From: Vicinamibacterales bacterium
GTDB lineage: Bacteria; Acidobacteriota; Vicinamibacteria; Vicinamibacterales; CAVVIG01
Length of the DNA: 64,000 bases
Assembly: GCA_035259385.1 (NCBI GenBank)
Contig: DATFWL010000130.1
Location: 33,319-97,318 of the forward strand
Direction of reading: 5' to 3'
Shown one piece after another: positions 29,401-38,077 of the stretch. The notes beneath the pieces were generated by a model, which did no database searches, was not told the DNA's origin, and worked only from the letters and a program-made list of their open reading frames with translations. Position numbers and translations under genes: made by a program. How positions within the stretch are numbered: position 1 is the stretch's first letter; each line of letters opens with the position of its first letter.

Positions 29401-30200
29401 TGCTCGAAGGCGCGGTCAGCGCATTGCTGCTGCGCCAGCTGCTGCGCATCGAACCCAGCGGATCGCGCGACCTCGGCCGGCTCGCGCTGGTCGCCGGCGC
29501 GTCGCTCGCGTTCGTCACGGTCGCGATCCCGCTGCAGCTCCACAATCAGTGGATCACGATCGGCTGGGCGCTCGAGGGCGCGGCGCTCGCCTGGGTGTAT
29601 CGCCGCGTCCCGCACCGCGGGTTGCTCTACTGGTCGTTCGCGCTGCTCGCCGCCGTGTTCGCGCGGCTGGCGCTGAACCCGGCGGTGTTCGTTTACGAGC
29701 CGCGCGGCCTTCGCGTGTTCAACTGGTACCTGTATGCGTACGCGGTCTGCGCGGCAGCGATGTTCGTGGCGGCGTGGTGGCTCGCCACGACCGACGATCG
29801 GATCCTGTCGCTGCCGCGGGCGTCGCGGCTGCTGCCGGCGGCGGCGGTGATCCTGCTGTTCCTGCTCCTGAACATCGAGATCGCCGACTTCTACGCGACC
29901 GGCCGCGAAATCGCGTTCCGCTTCGGCGTGACGCTGGCGCAGGACCTCACCTACACGATCGGCTGGCTGGCGTTCGGCATGCTGCTGCTGACCGGCGGCA
30001 TCTACCTGCGGAACCAGCCGGCGCGCGTCACCGCCGTCGCATTGATCGCGATCACGGCGTTCAAGGCATTTCTGTACGACACCGGGTCGCTCGGCGGCCT
30101 CTATCGCGTCGGCTCGCTCGTCGGCCTCGCGGTGTCGCTGTCGCTCGTCGCGCTCGCGCTCCAGAAGTTCGTCCTGCATCCATCGGAAGGTCGCGCCTGA
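26481..30200 (+). CDS. DUF2339 domain-containing polytopic membrane protein
   Basis: N-terminal TM segment, a coiled coil (RRRLADLEELSRRQEAAIAALTQRL), a Pro/Ala-rich linker, then more than 25 TM segments, the architecture I associate with DUF2339. The start may instead be GTG 26448. Confidence 0.7.
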   Translation: MEVLVLFAVLIVAFPYVAAIVNWGRTADLRRRLADLEELSRRQEAAIAALTQRLREAKAAAAPPAAAEPRAAAPQALPPVPVVPKQTAPPAPPRVVEPAEPPPAVAQPSLVPPTAAKPAATPSVPPVTPAAAPPAAAARPPVAPPPPPLPPPPPRPPAREPFDWERVVGVKMFSAVAGVALVLAAVFFLRYSIDHGWLAPPVRVAIGVLVGIGLLIACELRAARKYPVTANALDAAAIAILFSTFFAAHALWQLIPATAAFGLLALVTGVAVLLSIRRDSVFIALLGLLGGFATPMLLSTGENRPVPLFAYLLLLNLGLAWVAARKRWRLLTILSIAFTTFYQWGWVITFLTASQLPLAMGVFLVFSLTGFASILFTAPAAPSTETPALARAGLAAAAMPLVFAAYLAAVPGYGAQPGLLFGFLLIVDAGLFAVTVWRRDPWAHALGAVAAGVVFATWLAVSYAHGAWTIAIGFASAFIVFFALAPRLAVRAGRPLEGLSARAIYAAPMLLFVFTAIARIEPAADAPARLFAPMLALLGVITWQAFARREFPLYYLAAFFAVVSEAAWSAAHLTSDHLRAAIAVYAAFGILYIGVPVAARRARVTMTPRWGGGVVLIASLLLLLYLAEGAHAAAALWGLAFLLAILNAGLFVESASGELPALSVVGGGVSWFVLAIWWGNAAAAVGLLPSLLFLVMLTLTMLVGYGWSHRQARSRSDFDPSRSGFRPGAYLGLIGYLFLFAIAIDPEWSVPPWPLFGALAVMTLALTTTSLAVDSSQLHGAGVAAAAIVVFACSVVAGAPWGPTLVAAAEVVAAYALAWVAVMRARGSWRFAAAGAIWTLFMASLTLGEASGASTSMPVAIVAIVAAANVALIFASAWSARWEWVAPSAVVAAWWVETAWHEQHIRTMDWSGSFALALVLYAVFVAYPVVLGHRARTSRDPYIAAIAGSALFFFTGRTALVQGGYGQFVGAVPVLEGAVSALLLRQLLRIEPSGSRDLGRLALVAGASLAFVTVAIPLQLHNQWITIGWALEGAALAWVYRRVPHRGLLYWSFALLAAVFARLALNPAVFVYEPRGLRVFNWYLYAYAVCAAAMFVAAWWLATTDDRILSLPRASRLLPAAAVILLFLLLNIEIADFYATGREIAFRFGVTLAQDLTYTIGWLAFGMLLLTGGIYLRNQPARVTAVALIAITAFKAFLYDTGSLGGLYRVGSLVGLAVSLSLVALALQKFVLHPSEGRA

Positions 30201-32275
30201 TGAGAGCCGTCATGAAGATCGCCGCGCTGGGTGTCGCCGCCGCGACCGCTGCCGTCGCTGCGCAGCCCGCCGCGACACCGCCCCCCTTCCGCTTCGAGCG
30301 GCCGGTGACCGGTGGCGGCGGACCGCGGCGGCTGGCGATCGACCTGCCGCTGCTCGCGGGCGCGGCGCCGTTCCGCACGTCGGTCCGCGTCGGAACGCAG
30401 TCGTCGGGCTCGCTGCGCAGCGTGAACGCGTCCGACGGCCTGCGCGATCTCAGGTTCTACGACGCCGGTGGTGCCGAGGTCGGCTACGTGCTCGTCGCGG
30501 TGCCGACACCGGAGCCGGTGTTCAAGCCGGCGACGATTCGACCGATTGCGCCGGTCGAGACCGACACCGTGAAGACGAGCGGCTTCGAAGCCGATCTCGG
30601 TGAGCCGCTGCTGATCGATCGCGTCGACGTCGAGGGGCTCAGCGCGCCGTTTCTGAAGCGCGTGACGCTCGAGGGCAGCGGCGATCGCAGCCGCTGGACC
30701 GTGCTCGTGGCCGACGGCACGCTGTTCGATCTGCCCGACGAGCGGCTCCGCCATACGATGCTGCGTTTCGCGCCAGGGACGTTCCGGTATCTCCGGCTGA
30801 CCTGGGACGATCGCCACAGCGCGCGCATCGTCCAGACGCCGACGGCTGCGGCCGGAACCCTGCCGACGGCGCCGCCGCCGCCGTTGACGGCCGCCATGTC
30901 GTTCGAGCGGCGTCCGAGCGAGCCGGGACGCAGCCGGTTTCGCATCAACCTGCCGGCGGGCCACCTGCCGATCGCCGCGCTCGAGCTCGACGCCGGCGGC
31001 GGCCACATCCTGCGCGAGGCGCGCGTCTTCGAGCAGCAGCTGACGGCGGCGCAGCTTGCGCCGCGGCTGCTCGGCCGCGCCACGCTTCGCCGCGTCGTGC
31101 GCGACGACGTGACCGCCTCGGCGCTGCAGCTGCCAATCGATCCGCCAACCGAGGCGCAGCTCGATCTCGAGGTGGACGACGAGGACAATCCGCCGCTCGA
31201 TCTGCGCGGGGTCACCGCCGTGTTCGCCGAGCTGCCGTGGATCTATCTCGAGGCGCCGGCCGGCGGCCTCACCGCGCGCTACGGCAACAGCACGCTCGCC
31301 GCGCCGCACTACGATCTCGAGGCCGAGCGCAGTCAGATTCGCATCGAGGCGATCGCCGACGCGTCGTGGGGCGAGCCGCGCGCGCGCAGCGAGGACGAGA
31401 ACGCGCGGCCGGCGCCGCCGCTTCCGACCTTTGGCGCCTCGCTCGACCTCGGCCTGTTCACCTACGTCCGCGCGGTGCCTGCCGGCGAGGCCGGCCTGAT
31501 CGCGCTGCCGCTCGACGTGCAGGTGCTGGCGCACTCCGCCGGCGTCGGCCGTCGGTTCAGCGATCTGCGCGTGGTGGACGATGCCGATCGCCAGATTCCG
31601 TATCTGCTCGAACAGCTTGCGGAGCCGCTGTCGGTGGACGTGGCGCTCGAGCACGTCGCGTCTGCGCCAGCGACGCTGCCTGCCGTGCGATCCGGCCGCA
31701 GCGTGTACCGGCTGACGTATCCGGCCGAGGATCTGCCGCCGGCGCGGCTGGTGATGACCACGCCGGCGCGCGTGTTCGACAGGCGGGTGACGCTCGGCGA
31801 GCAGCGCGATCGCGACGCCCGCCGCCGCGATCCATGGTTCCAGATGCTGGGCACGGCAGCGTGGCGTCACTCGGATCAGGATCGGCCGGCGCGCCCGCTG
31901 ACGATCGATCTCGCGCCGCCGCGGTCGCGCGACCTCTTCGTCCTCGTCGACGAGGGCGACAACACACCGCTGCCGATCGAGTCTGCGCGCCTGCTGCTGC
32001 CCTCGTACCGGATCCGCCTGTATCGGGGGACCGGCACGGCGCTGCGGGTCGCCTACGGCCGTCGCGATCTGCCGCCGCCGCAGTACGATCTCGCGCTGCT
32101 CGCGCCGCAGGTGCTCGGGGCGTCCGCGCGCGAAGTGCGCCTCGACAGCGAACACGCGGTCGCGGCGGCGGCGCAGGCGTCGGCACTCGTGTCGGCGCGC
32201 TTCTTCTGGATCGCGCTGGCCCTCGCCGTCGTCGTGCTCGTCGGGTTCATCGTCCGGCTGCTGCGCCAGGCGTAG
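30200..32275 (+). CDS. DUF3999 family protein (secreted, C-terminal TM anchor)
   Basis: The ATG overlaps the DUF2339 stop (ATGA type). Signal peptide MRAVMKIAALGVAAATAAVAAQ. C-terminal TM segment FFWIALALAVVVLVGFIV. DUF3999 assignment rests on recalled pairing with DUF2339 and on the architecture. Confidence 0.55.
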   Translation: MRAVMKIAALGVAAATAAVAAQPAATPPPFRFERPVTGGGGPRRLAIDLPLLAGAAPFRTSVRVGTQSSGSLRSVNASDGLRDLRFYDAGGAEVGYVLVAVPTPEPVFKPATIRPIAPVETDTVKTSGFEADLGEPLLIDRVDVEGLSAPFLKRVTLEGSGDRSRWTVLVADGTLFDLPDERLRHTMLRFAPGTFRYLRLTWDDRHSARIVQTPTAAAGTLPTAPPPPLTAAMSFERRPSEPGRSRFRINLPAGHLPIAALELDAGGGHILREARVFEQQLTAAQLAPRLLGRATLRRVVRDDVTASALQLPIDPPTEAQLDLEVDDEDNPPLDLRGVTAVFAELPWIYLEAPAGGLTARYGNSTLAAPHYDLEAERSQIRIEAIADASWGEPRARSEDENARPAPPLPTFGASLDLGLFTYVRAVPAGEAGLIALPLDVQVLAHSAGVGRRFSDLRVVDDADRQIPYLLEQLAEPLSVDVALEHVASAPATLPAVRSGRSVYRLTYPAEDLPPARLVMTTPARVFDRRVTLGEQRDRDARRRDPWFQMLGTAAWRHSDQDRPARPLTIDLAPPRSRDLFVLVDEGDNTPLPIESARLLLPSYRIRLYRGTGTALRVAYGRRDLPPPQYDLALLAPQVLGASAREVRLDSEHAVAAAAQASALVSARFFWIALALAVVVLVGFIVRLLRQA

Positions 32276-32283
32276 AGGCGCGG

Positions 32284-33000
32284 CTACGCCGGGCGATCGC
32301 AGATCGTCCCGAACGCGAACCCTTTCGCACGCAGCTCCGGAATGAGGCGGGCGGCGGCTTCGACCGTGTGGCGCTGATCGGCGAACGGGGCCGACTCGTC
32401 GCCGTCGTGCATCACGATGATGTCGCCGTTCGACACGCGCGGAGCGATCCGGTTGACCACGGAATCAGCGGTGCGCGGCCGGAACCAGTTCCAGTCCCAC
32501 AGCATCCAGCTCCAGCCGATCAGGCGGTGATCGATCTGTTCGAGACCCTGGTACATCGGCCAGCTGCGCCAGCCGGCGTGCGGACGGAACGCCGGGCACG
32601 GGCGATAGCCGGCGACGTGCTCGATGTGATCGGCGGCGGCGATCAGCGTCTGCGCGAACGTGCGGGCGCTCATCAGCATGTAGGCGCGCGTGGCCGAGTG
32701 CAGCGCGACCGCATGGCCGTCGACGAACATCCGCCGGACCAGTTCGGCAGTCTGCTCCGTGACGTGCCGATCGATCAGGAAGAAGGTCGCACGCGTCCGC
32801 TCGCGCGCGAGCAGGTCGAGCAGATCCGGCGTGGTCGTCGGGTTCGGCCCGTCGTCGAAGGTGAGATAGATGGTCGGCGGATTGCGCTTCGGCATGTGCC
32901 AGACGACGCGGTCGCCGCTGATCGCGTCGAACAGGAACGGCGCCGGGGCGGTGTGCGCCAGCGCCAGCACGCCGACTGCGACCGCAATGAAGAACCACAT
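32284..33000 (-). CDS. polysaccharide deacetylase family protein (NodB homology domain)
   Basis: TFDDGPNPTTTPDLLDLL…ATFFLI…HSATRAY motifs. Start placed at ATG 32998-33000 (MWFFIAVAVGVLALA). The longest ORF begins at a TTG inside the AT-rich repeat (33012). Confidence 0.85.
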   Translation of the reverse strand: MWFFIAVAVGVLALAHTAPAPFLFDAISGDRVVWHMPKRNPPTIYLTFDDGPNPTTTPDLLDLLARERTRATFFLIDRHVTEQTAELVRRMFVDGHAVALHSATRAYMLMSARTFAQTLIAAADHIEHVAGYRPCPAFRPHAGWRSWPMYQGLEQIDHRLIGWSWMLWDWNWFRPRTADSVVNRIAPRVSNGDIIVMHDGDESAPFADQRHTVEAAARLIPELRAKGFAFGTICDRPA

Positions 33001-33006
33001 CACAGC

Positions 33007-33106
33007 AATCAAGAATTAGGAAGTAAGAATTAAGAATTCGTGGCTCGCATTGTGATGCATCGAAGCACAGGACGAATTCTTAATTCTCAATTCTTACTTC
33101 TTAATT
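33007..33106. repeat. AT-rich word hairpin (aatcaagaattaggaagtaagaattaagaattcgtg … gacgaattcttaattctcaattcttacttcttaatt)
   Basis: Same arm family as 13168-13278 but with an unrelated loop. The right arm supplies the last two codons and stop of the serine hydrolase gene. Confidence 0.9.
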
Positions 33107-34534
33107 TCTCCGTTCCGGCACTCCCGGCATCAGCTCCTCCAGCGCGCGCTTCAATGCCTCCATCCCGCGCCGATCGCCTCGATAATGGCCCATGCGCACG
33201 ACGACCAGATCGTGCGTCGGATCGATGATCGTGCGCTGTCCGCCGGCACCGTTGGCGAAGTATGCCGACTTCGGGAGCGGCCATGCGCCGTCCCCGTTCA
33301 CCCAGAACAAGCCGCCGTACACCGGCTGCTTCCAGGCAGGCGCCGGCGTGCTCACGAACGTCGCCCACCCTTCTGGCAGCAGGCGCTGGCCCTCCCAGAT
33401 GCCGTCCTGCAGATAGAGCTGTCCGATGCGCGCCCAGTTGCGCGCGGTGCCGTAGTCGTAGCCGGTGAGCAGGAAGTTGCCGTACGGATCGGTCTCGAGC
33501 ACCTGACGGCGGATCCCGATGCGATCGAACAGCGCGCGCTGCGGCCACGTCAGGTACTCCTCGCCGCGCCTGGTGACCGCCTGCTTCACGAGCCAGCCGA
33601 TCATCAGCGGATCGGAGTTGCGGTAGCGCCCTTCCGTATTTGGCGGGAACTGCAGCGGGCGCGTCATCGAATGATCGAACGCGTCGATCGCCCCGGTGTA
33701 GATCAGCGTGTGATCGGGGTAGCCCTTGTCGACGCTGTAGTCGGGATCCTGGCCGGCGATGAACCGCAGGCCGCTGCTCATGTGGAGCAGGTCGGCGATC
33801 CGGATCGCTCCGCGCGGATCGCCCGGCTTCCGCCACTCCGGGACCGGCACCGGATCGTCGACCTTGTAAACGCCGTCCTTCACGAGCAGCGCGAACAGTG
33901 TCGCGGTCAGGCTCTTGCCCATCGACCAGCTTTCGAGCTGCGTGTCCTTCGTGATGCCGGGCATGTAGCGCTCGCCGACGATCTGACCCTTGTGGACGAT
34001 CACGACCGCCGCCGTGAGCGCCTCGGGATCGGCGAACGCGAGATCGAGCGCCTTGTCGACGCGCGCGCGATCCATGCCGGTTGGCGCGGCATGCGTCGGC
34101 GGCGCGTCGCCCATCGGCCACGGCTGTGACGCCGCGTCGGGCAGGCGCGTCTTCACCGCGACCGGCGTGAAGGAGATGCCGTCGTGCCCCTCGGGATGGA
34201 TGATGCAGCCCTGATCGCCGTAGAACTTCGCGATGCGCGCGATCGAACCGTGCGTCATCCGCACCAGCTTCTGTGCGCGATCGACCGTGTAGCGGACGCC
34301 GGCGCGATGCTCGTCGGGGAAGAGAAAGTAGCCGCTGTTCGTGAAGGCTTCCGCCGGATCGCGCTCGGAGACGAACACCGCGGAGCACAGCACCTTGGCG
34401 TAACCGGCAAGGCCGAGGCTGAGCGGCGTGATCCCTTCCGGCGCAAAGGCCGCCGGCCGCCGCGGCGCGGCCTGCCGCGCGACTGCCGACGCCGTGAACG
34501 CGACAACGAGCAACAGCAGCGTTAGTTTGCGCAT
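33101..34534 (-). CDS. serine hydrolase, beta-lactamase/transpeptidase-like family
   Basis: Signal peptide MRKLTLLLLVVAFTASAVA. SxxK motif in ESWSMGKSLTATLFALLV. The length and other blocks fit class C / esterase EstB-like proteins. Confidence 0.85.
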   Translation of the reverse strand: MRKLTLLLLVVAFTASAVARQAAPRRPAAFAPEGITPLSLGLAGYAKVLCSAVFVSERDPAEAFTNSGYFLFPDEHRAGVRYTVDRAQKLVRMTHGSIARIAKFYGDQGCIIHPEGHDGISFTPVAVKTRLPDAASQPWPMGDAPPTHAAPTGMDRARVDKALDLAFADPEALTAAVVIVHKGQIVGERYMPGITKDTQLESWSMGKSLTATLFALLVKDGVYKVDDPVPVPEWRKPGDPRGAIRIADLLHMSSGLRFIAGQDPDYSVDKGYPDHTLIYTGAIDAFDHSMTRPLQFPPNTEGRYRNSDPLMIGWLVKQAVTRRGEEYLTWPQRALFDRIGIRRQVLETDPYGNFLLTGYDYGTARNWARIGQLYLQDGIWEGQRLLPEGWATFVSTPAPAWKQPVYGGLFWVNGDGAWPLPKSAYFANGAGGQRTIIDPTHDLVVVRMGHYRGDRRGMEALKRALEELMPGVPERRN

Positions 34535-34590
34535 GGCAGGCTCCTGTGACGTCCGGCTAAGCCCTTGGTTTCAGTCGCGCCGTGATCTGA

Positions 34591-35178
34591 TCACGACGCC
34601 AGGTTCAACGTCCTCGCCTCTGCTTTGAGTGCCGTCCACCGCGCCAGCAGCGCGATCCACGTCCTGCCGCCGTCGGTGGAGCGGTAGCTGACCGTGCTGG
34701 CGATGATCACGGTATCGGGATAGGGAATCTGCTGGCCGTCGCGAAGGCCGAGATGCGTCCAGGTCTTGCCCGCGTCGATCGACGTGTAGATACCGTCGCC
34801 GACCGAGAGATCCGGCCGCGTCAGTCCTTCGCCGCTGCCGACGTAGACGACGTTCGGATCCGACGGCGCAACCGCGATCGCGCCGACCGATCCGGTCGGC
34901 TGGTCGTCGAAGATCGGCGTCCACGTCCGGCCGAAGTCGGTCGTCTTCCAGACGCCGCCGTTGACGGCGCCGATGTAGAAGACGTTCGGCTGCATGCGCA
35001 GGCCGGTGATGGCCTTGGTGCGGCGGCCGCGGAACGGACCGATCGGACGCCAGCGCATCTCGGCGAACGACGCGACGTTCGCCGGCTGCTGCCGTGCGGA
35101 GGGCTGTGCCGGCCATCGCGCGGCGGCAATCAGGCCGACCCCAGCCAAAAAGGCGAGCGTCTTGGTGTTTGCGGACAT
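34591..35178 (-). pseudogene. truncated remnant of a sortilin/BNR repeat protein (paralog of 14272-17244)
   Basis: About 140 aa align closely with the N-terminus of the 990-aa protein (…NVFYIGAVNGGVWKTTDFGRTWTPIFDDQPTGSVGAIAVAPSDPNVVYVGSGEGL…). It then jumps to one Asp-box (YRSTDGGRTW) and stops at 195 aa. Confidence 0.65.
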
Positions 35179-35307
35179 GAAACCTCACCACGCCGCCACC
35201 GGACGGCCTGGCCGCTCACTATACAATGGCGCCGCGCGGCCGACGGAATCACGACGTTCGGTCGTCTTCTCTGTGCCCGTCTCTGCGGTTCATTGTCGGA
35301 GGATTCG

Positions 35308-36099
35308 ATGGCGCGAGGTGTATTCCGAGAGATGCTGGCCGAGTTCTTCGGCACGTTCACCCTGATCGTCTTCGGCGTCGGCGTCGTCGCGCAGGCGGTG
35401 CTGAGCCGGAACAGCGCCGGATCGTATCTGTCGATCAACATCGCCTGGGGACTCGCGGTCGCGATGGGATGCTACGTGTCGGCCGGCGTGACCGGCGCGC
35501 ACCTGAACCCGGCGGTGACGCTCGCGCTCGCCACACGCCGGGGGTTCCCGTGGAACAAGGTCGCGCCATATGCGCTCGCGCAGGTCGCGGGCGCGTTCAT
35601 CGCGTCGGCCGTCGTCTTCGTCACCTATCACGAGGCACTCAGCGCCTTCGACGGCGGCGTGCGCCAGGTCGCCGGCGCGCAGGGCACCGCCGGAATCTGG
35701 GCGACCTATCCGCAGCCGTTCCTGAGCACGCTCGGCGGATTCGTCGATCAGGTCGTCGGCACGGCGCTGCTCGTCTCGGTGATCTTCGGCATCACCGACA
35801 GCCGAAATTCGCCGGCGCCGGCGGGTCTTGCGCCGGTCGTCGTCGGCCTGCTGGTCGTGCTCATCGGCGCGACGTTCGGCTTCAATTCCGGCTATGCGAT
35901 CAATCCGGCGCGAGACTTCGGGCCGCGGCTGTTCACGTTCGTCGCCGGCTGGGGCGGCGGGGTCTTCACTGCGGGGAACGGGTGGTGGTGGGTGCCGATC
36001 GTGGCGCCGTGTGTGGGCGGCGTACTCGGGGCGTGGGTCTACGACGCGCTCGTCGGCGACCGGTTCCCCGTGCGGCAAGGGGCAGCGGAGATCGCGTAG
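35308..36099 (+). CDS. glpF: MIP family channel, aquaglyceroporin (GlpF-like)
   Basis: MARGVFREMLAEFFGTFTLIVFG…; both NPA boxes are present (HLNPAVTLA and NPARDFGPRL, the NPARD form typical of glycerol facilitators). Confidence 0.88.
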   Translation: MARGVFREMLAEFFGTFTLIVFGVGVVAQAVLSRNSAGSYLSINIAWGLAVAMGCYVSAGVTGAHLNPAVTLALATRRGFPWNKVAPYALAQVAGAFIASAVVFVTYHEALSAFDGGVRQVAGAQGTAGIWATYPQPFLSTLGGFVDQVVGTALLVSVIFGITDSRNSPAPAGLAPVVVGLLVVLIGATFGFNSGYAINPARDFGPRLFTFVAGWGGGVFTAGNGWWWVPIVAPCVGGVLGAWVYDALVGDRFPVRQGAAEIA

Positions 36100-36252
36100 G
36101 GACGGGGCCCGGGGCTCGGGGCAAGCTGATGCTCGCCTTCCGTTTCTGGGCGAGCGAACACCGGGGCCGCCGCGCTGTGACAGCTAGCCCCTAGCCCCAG
36201 CCCTTGGCCCCGTCATGCTGTGACAGCTAGCCCCCAGCCCCCCTAGCCCCGA
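36100..36252. repeat. G-rich word hairpin family (gacggggcccggggctcggggcaagctg … cagctagcccctagccccagcccttggccccgtc, plus a second cagctagcccccagcccccctagcccc copy)
   Basis: Arms are imperfect reverse complements. The cagctagcccc… arm is shared with 10607-10638 and 17318-17343. Confidence 0.85.
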
Positions 36253-36263
36253 CTCGCGCAGCG

Positions 36264-36683
36264 TCACGGAGTCACCGCTGCGCTCTTGAAGATCGGCGCC
36301 GCCTCGCGCAGCGCTTCCACCAGATACCCATAATCGAACGCCGCCCAGTACGCCTTCGCCTTCGATCGATCCTCCAGCGCATTCAGCAGCGGCGCGCTCA
36401 TCTCCGGGTGCTCGGCGGCGTAGATCGCCGCGCGGCGCAGCGTCTCCATCCGAACGTTGATCGCAGTCGACGGCACGAGAATCGCGAGCGTGTCCTCGAC
36501 GAGATGCGATACGTCGTACTTCGGATCCATCGCGCGCCAGCTGCCGCTGCCCATCGGCAGCGACCTGGCTGATCCGATCGCAAACGGTTCGCACAGGAGC
36601 GGTGGTCCTGCCAGCGCAGGGCGCGCGACTGACACAGCGAGGAATGCGAGAGCGGTGGTACTCAGAAGACGGTGTCGTGCCAT
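36264..36683 (-). CDS. hypothetical secreted protein
   Basis: Signal peptide MARHRLLSTTALAFLAVSVARPALA. Coding-type GC3 bias. No family recognised. Confidence 0.6.
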   Translation of the reverse strand: MARHRLLSTTALAFLAVSVARPALAGPPLLCEPFAIGSARSLPMGSGSWRAMDPKYDVSHLVEDTLAILVPSTAINVRMETLRRAAIYAAEHPEMSAPLLNALEDRSKAKAYWAAFDYGYLVEALREAAPIFKSAAVTP

Positions 36684-36760
36684 CGATGCCTCCTGCCCGA
36701 CAAGACGACCATCTCAGGTGCAGTGTTAACGGCACTCGGTTTGCAGCCGCGACCTGATCG

Positions 36761-38077
36761 ATGACCTTTCGTCTGGGCCGTTCTGTCGCGGCTCTGCTGA
36801 TCGCATCGGCAACCATGGCCTCGTGCGGCCGTCTTGCGTCGCCGTCCGACGTGCGCGCGAAGACGGCACTACAGAGCGCGGTCGACACCACGCCGCCCGC
36901 GTTCGTGACCGATGCTGGAAAGCGAGGGCAGAAGGCATGGAAGGAGGAGCAGCGCTTCTACCAGGAGCGAGGCTATCAGCTCGCCTGGAGCGACGGCCGC
37001 CGCCTGCGCCGCGAGTTCGACGCGCTCGTGCGCGCGCTGCGTGCCGCCGATCAGGAAGCGCTGGAGCCGGCAGATTACGGCGTCGATGATCTTGCCGCTG
37101 CGCGCGATCGGTTCACGCGCGATGCGGCGATCGACCTCGACCTGCGCGCATCGTTCGCGTATGTGCGCTATGCCTGGGATCTGACGCACGGCGCGATCGA
37201 TCCGGAAGATGTCGATCCGACGTGGCATGCGACGAAGCGGGGACTCGAACTCCCTGACGTCCTGCAGTCCGCGGTCGGCGGCGGCCAGGTCGAACAATCG
37301 CTTCAGGCGCTGGCGCCGGCATCTCCAGAGTATCGCGGACTGAAGCGCCAGCTCGCGCTCGCGCGCACGAGGGGCGACGCCGCCGCAGTGCAGCAGATCG
37401 CGATGAACATGGAGCGCTGGCGCTGGCTCCCTGGCCACCTCGGACAGCGCTACATCATCGTCAACATTCCGGCGTTTCGGCTCGACGCGATCGAGAACGG
37501 CCAGAGCGTGCTCGACATGAAAGTCGTCACCGGCAAGAGAGGCAGCCCGACGCCGGTGCTCGCCGACACGATGACCACTGTCGTGTTCAGCCCGTACTGG
37601 AACATCCCGAGCACCATCCTCGAGAAGGAAATTGCGCCGAAGGCGGAGCAGGATCCGGAGTATCTGTCCAGGCAGCACATCGAAGTGGACGACAACGGGC
37701 GGTACCGCCAGCTGCCCGGCCACGGAAACTCGCTCGGCCGCGTCAAGTTCGCGTTCCCGAACCGCTACAACGTGTATCTGCACGACACGCCGGCGCAGGC
37801 GCTGTTCAATCGCGTCGCGCGCGACTTCAGCCACGGCTGCGTCCGGCTCGACGACCCCGAGGCGCTCGCGCGGTACGTGCTTCGTGATCAGCCGGAGTGG
37901 ACGGCTGAGAGGATCGCAGCCGCGATGCAGCGCCGCACCGAGCGGGTGGTGAAGTTGAAGCAGCCGCTGCCGATTTACCTCGTCTACTTCACGGCGTGGG
38001 AGCAGGACGGCGGGCTGCAGACGGTCGCCGACGTGTACGGGCTCGACCGCCGTCACGGCGCTGCGAAAGGACAATGA
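36761..38077 (+). CDS. L,D-transpeptidase family protein (YkuD domain, YcbB/LdtD-like)
   Basis: Lipoprotein-like signal (…SATMASC). Catalytic region NIPAFRLDAIENG…FSPYWNIPSTI…VYLHDTP…FSHGCVRL. Confidence 0.88.
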   Translation: MTFRLGRSVAALLIASATMASCGRLASPSDVRAKTALQSAVDTTPPAFVTDAGKRGQKAWKEEQRFYQERGYQLAWSDGRRLRREFDALVRALRAADQEALEPADYGVDDLAAARDRFTRDAAIDLDLRASFAYVRYAWDLTHGAIDPEDVDPTWHATKRGLELPDVLQSAVGGGQVEQSLQALAPASPEYRGLKRQLALARTRGDAAAVQQIAMNMERWRWLPGHLGQRYIIVNIPAFRLDAIENGQSVLDMKVVTGKRGSPTPVLADTMTTVVFSPYWNIPSTILEKEIAPKAEQDPEYLSRQHIEVDDNGRYRQLPGHGNSLGRVKFAFPNRYNVYLHDTPAQALFNRVARDFSHGCVRLDDPEALARYVLRDQPEWTAERIAAAMQRRTERVVKLKQPLPIYLVYFTAWEQDGGLQTVADVYGLDRRHGAAKGQ

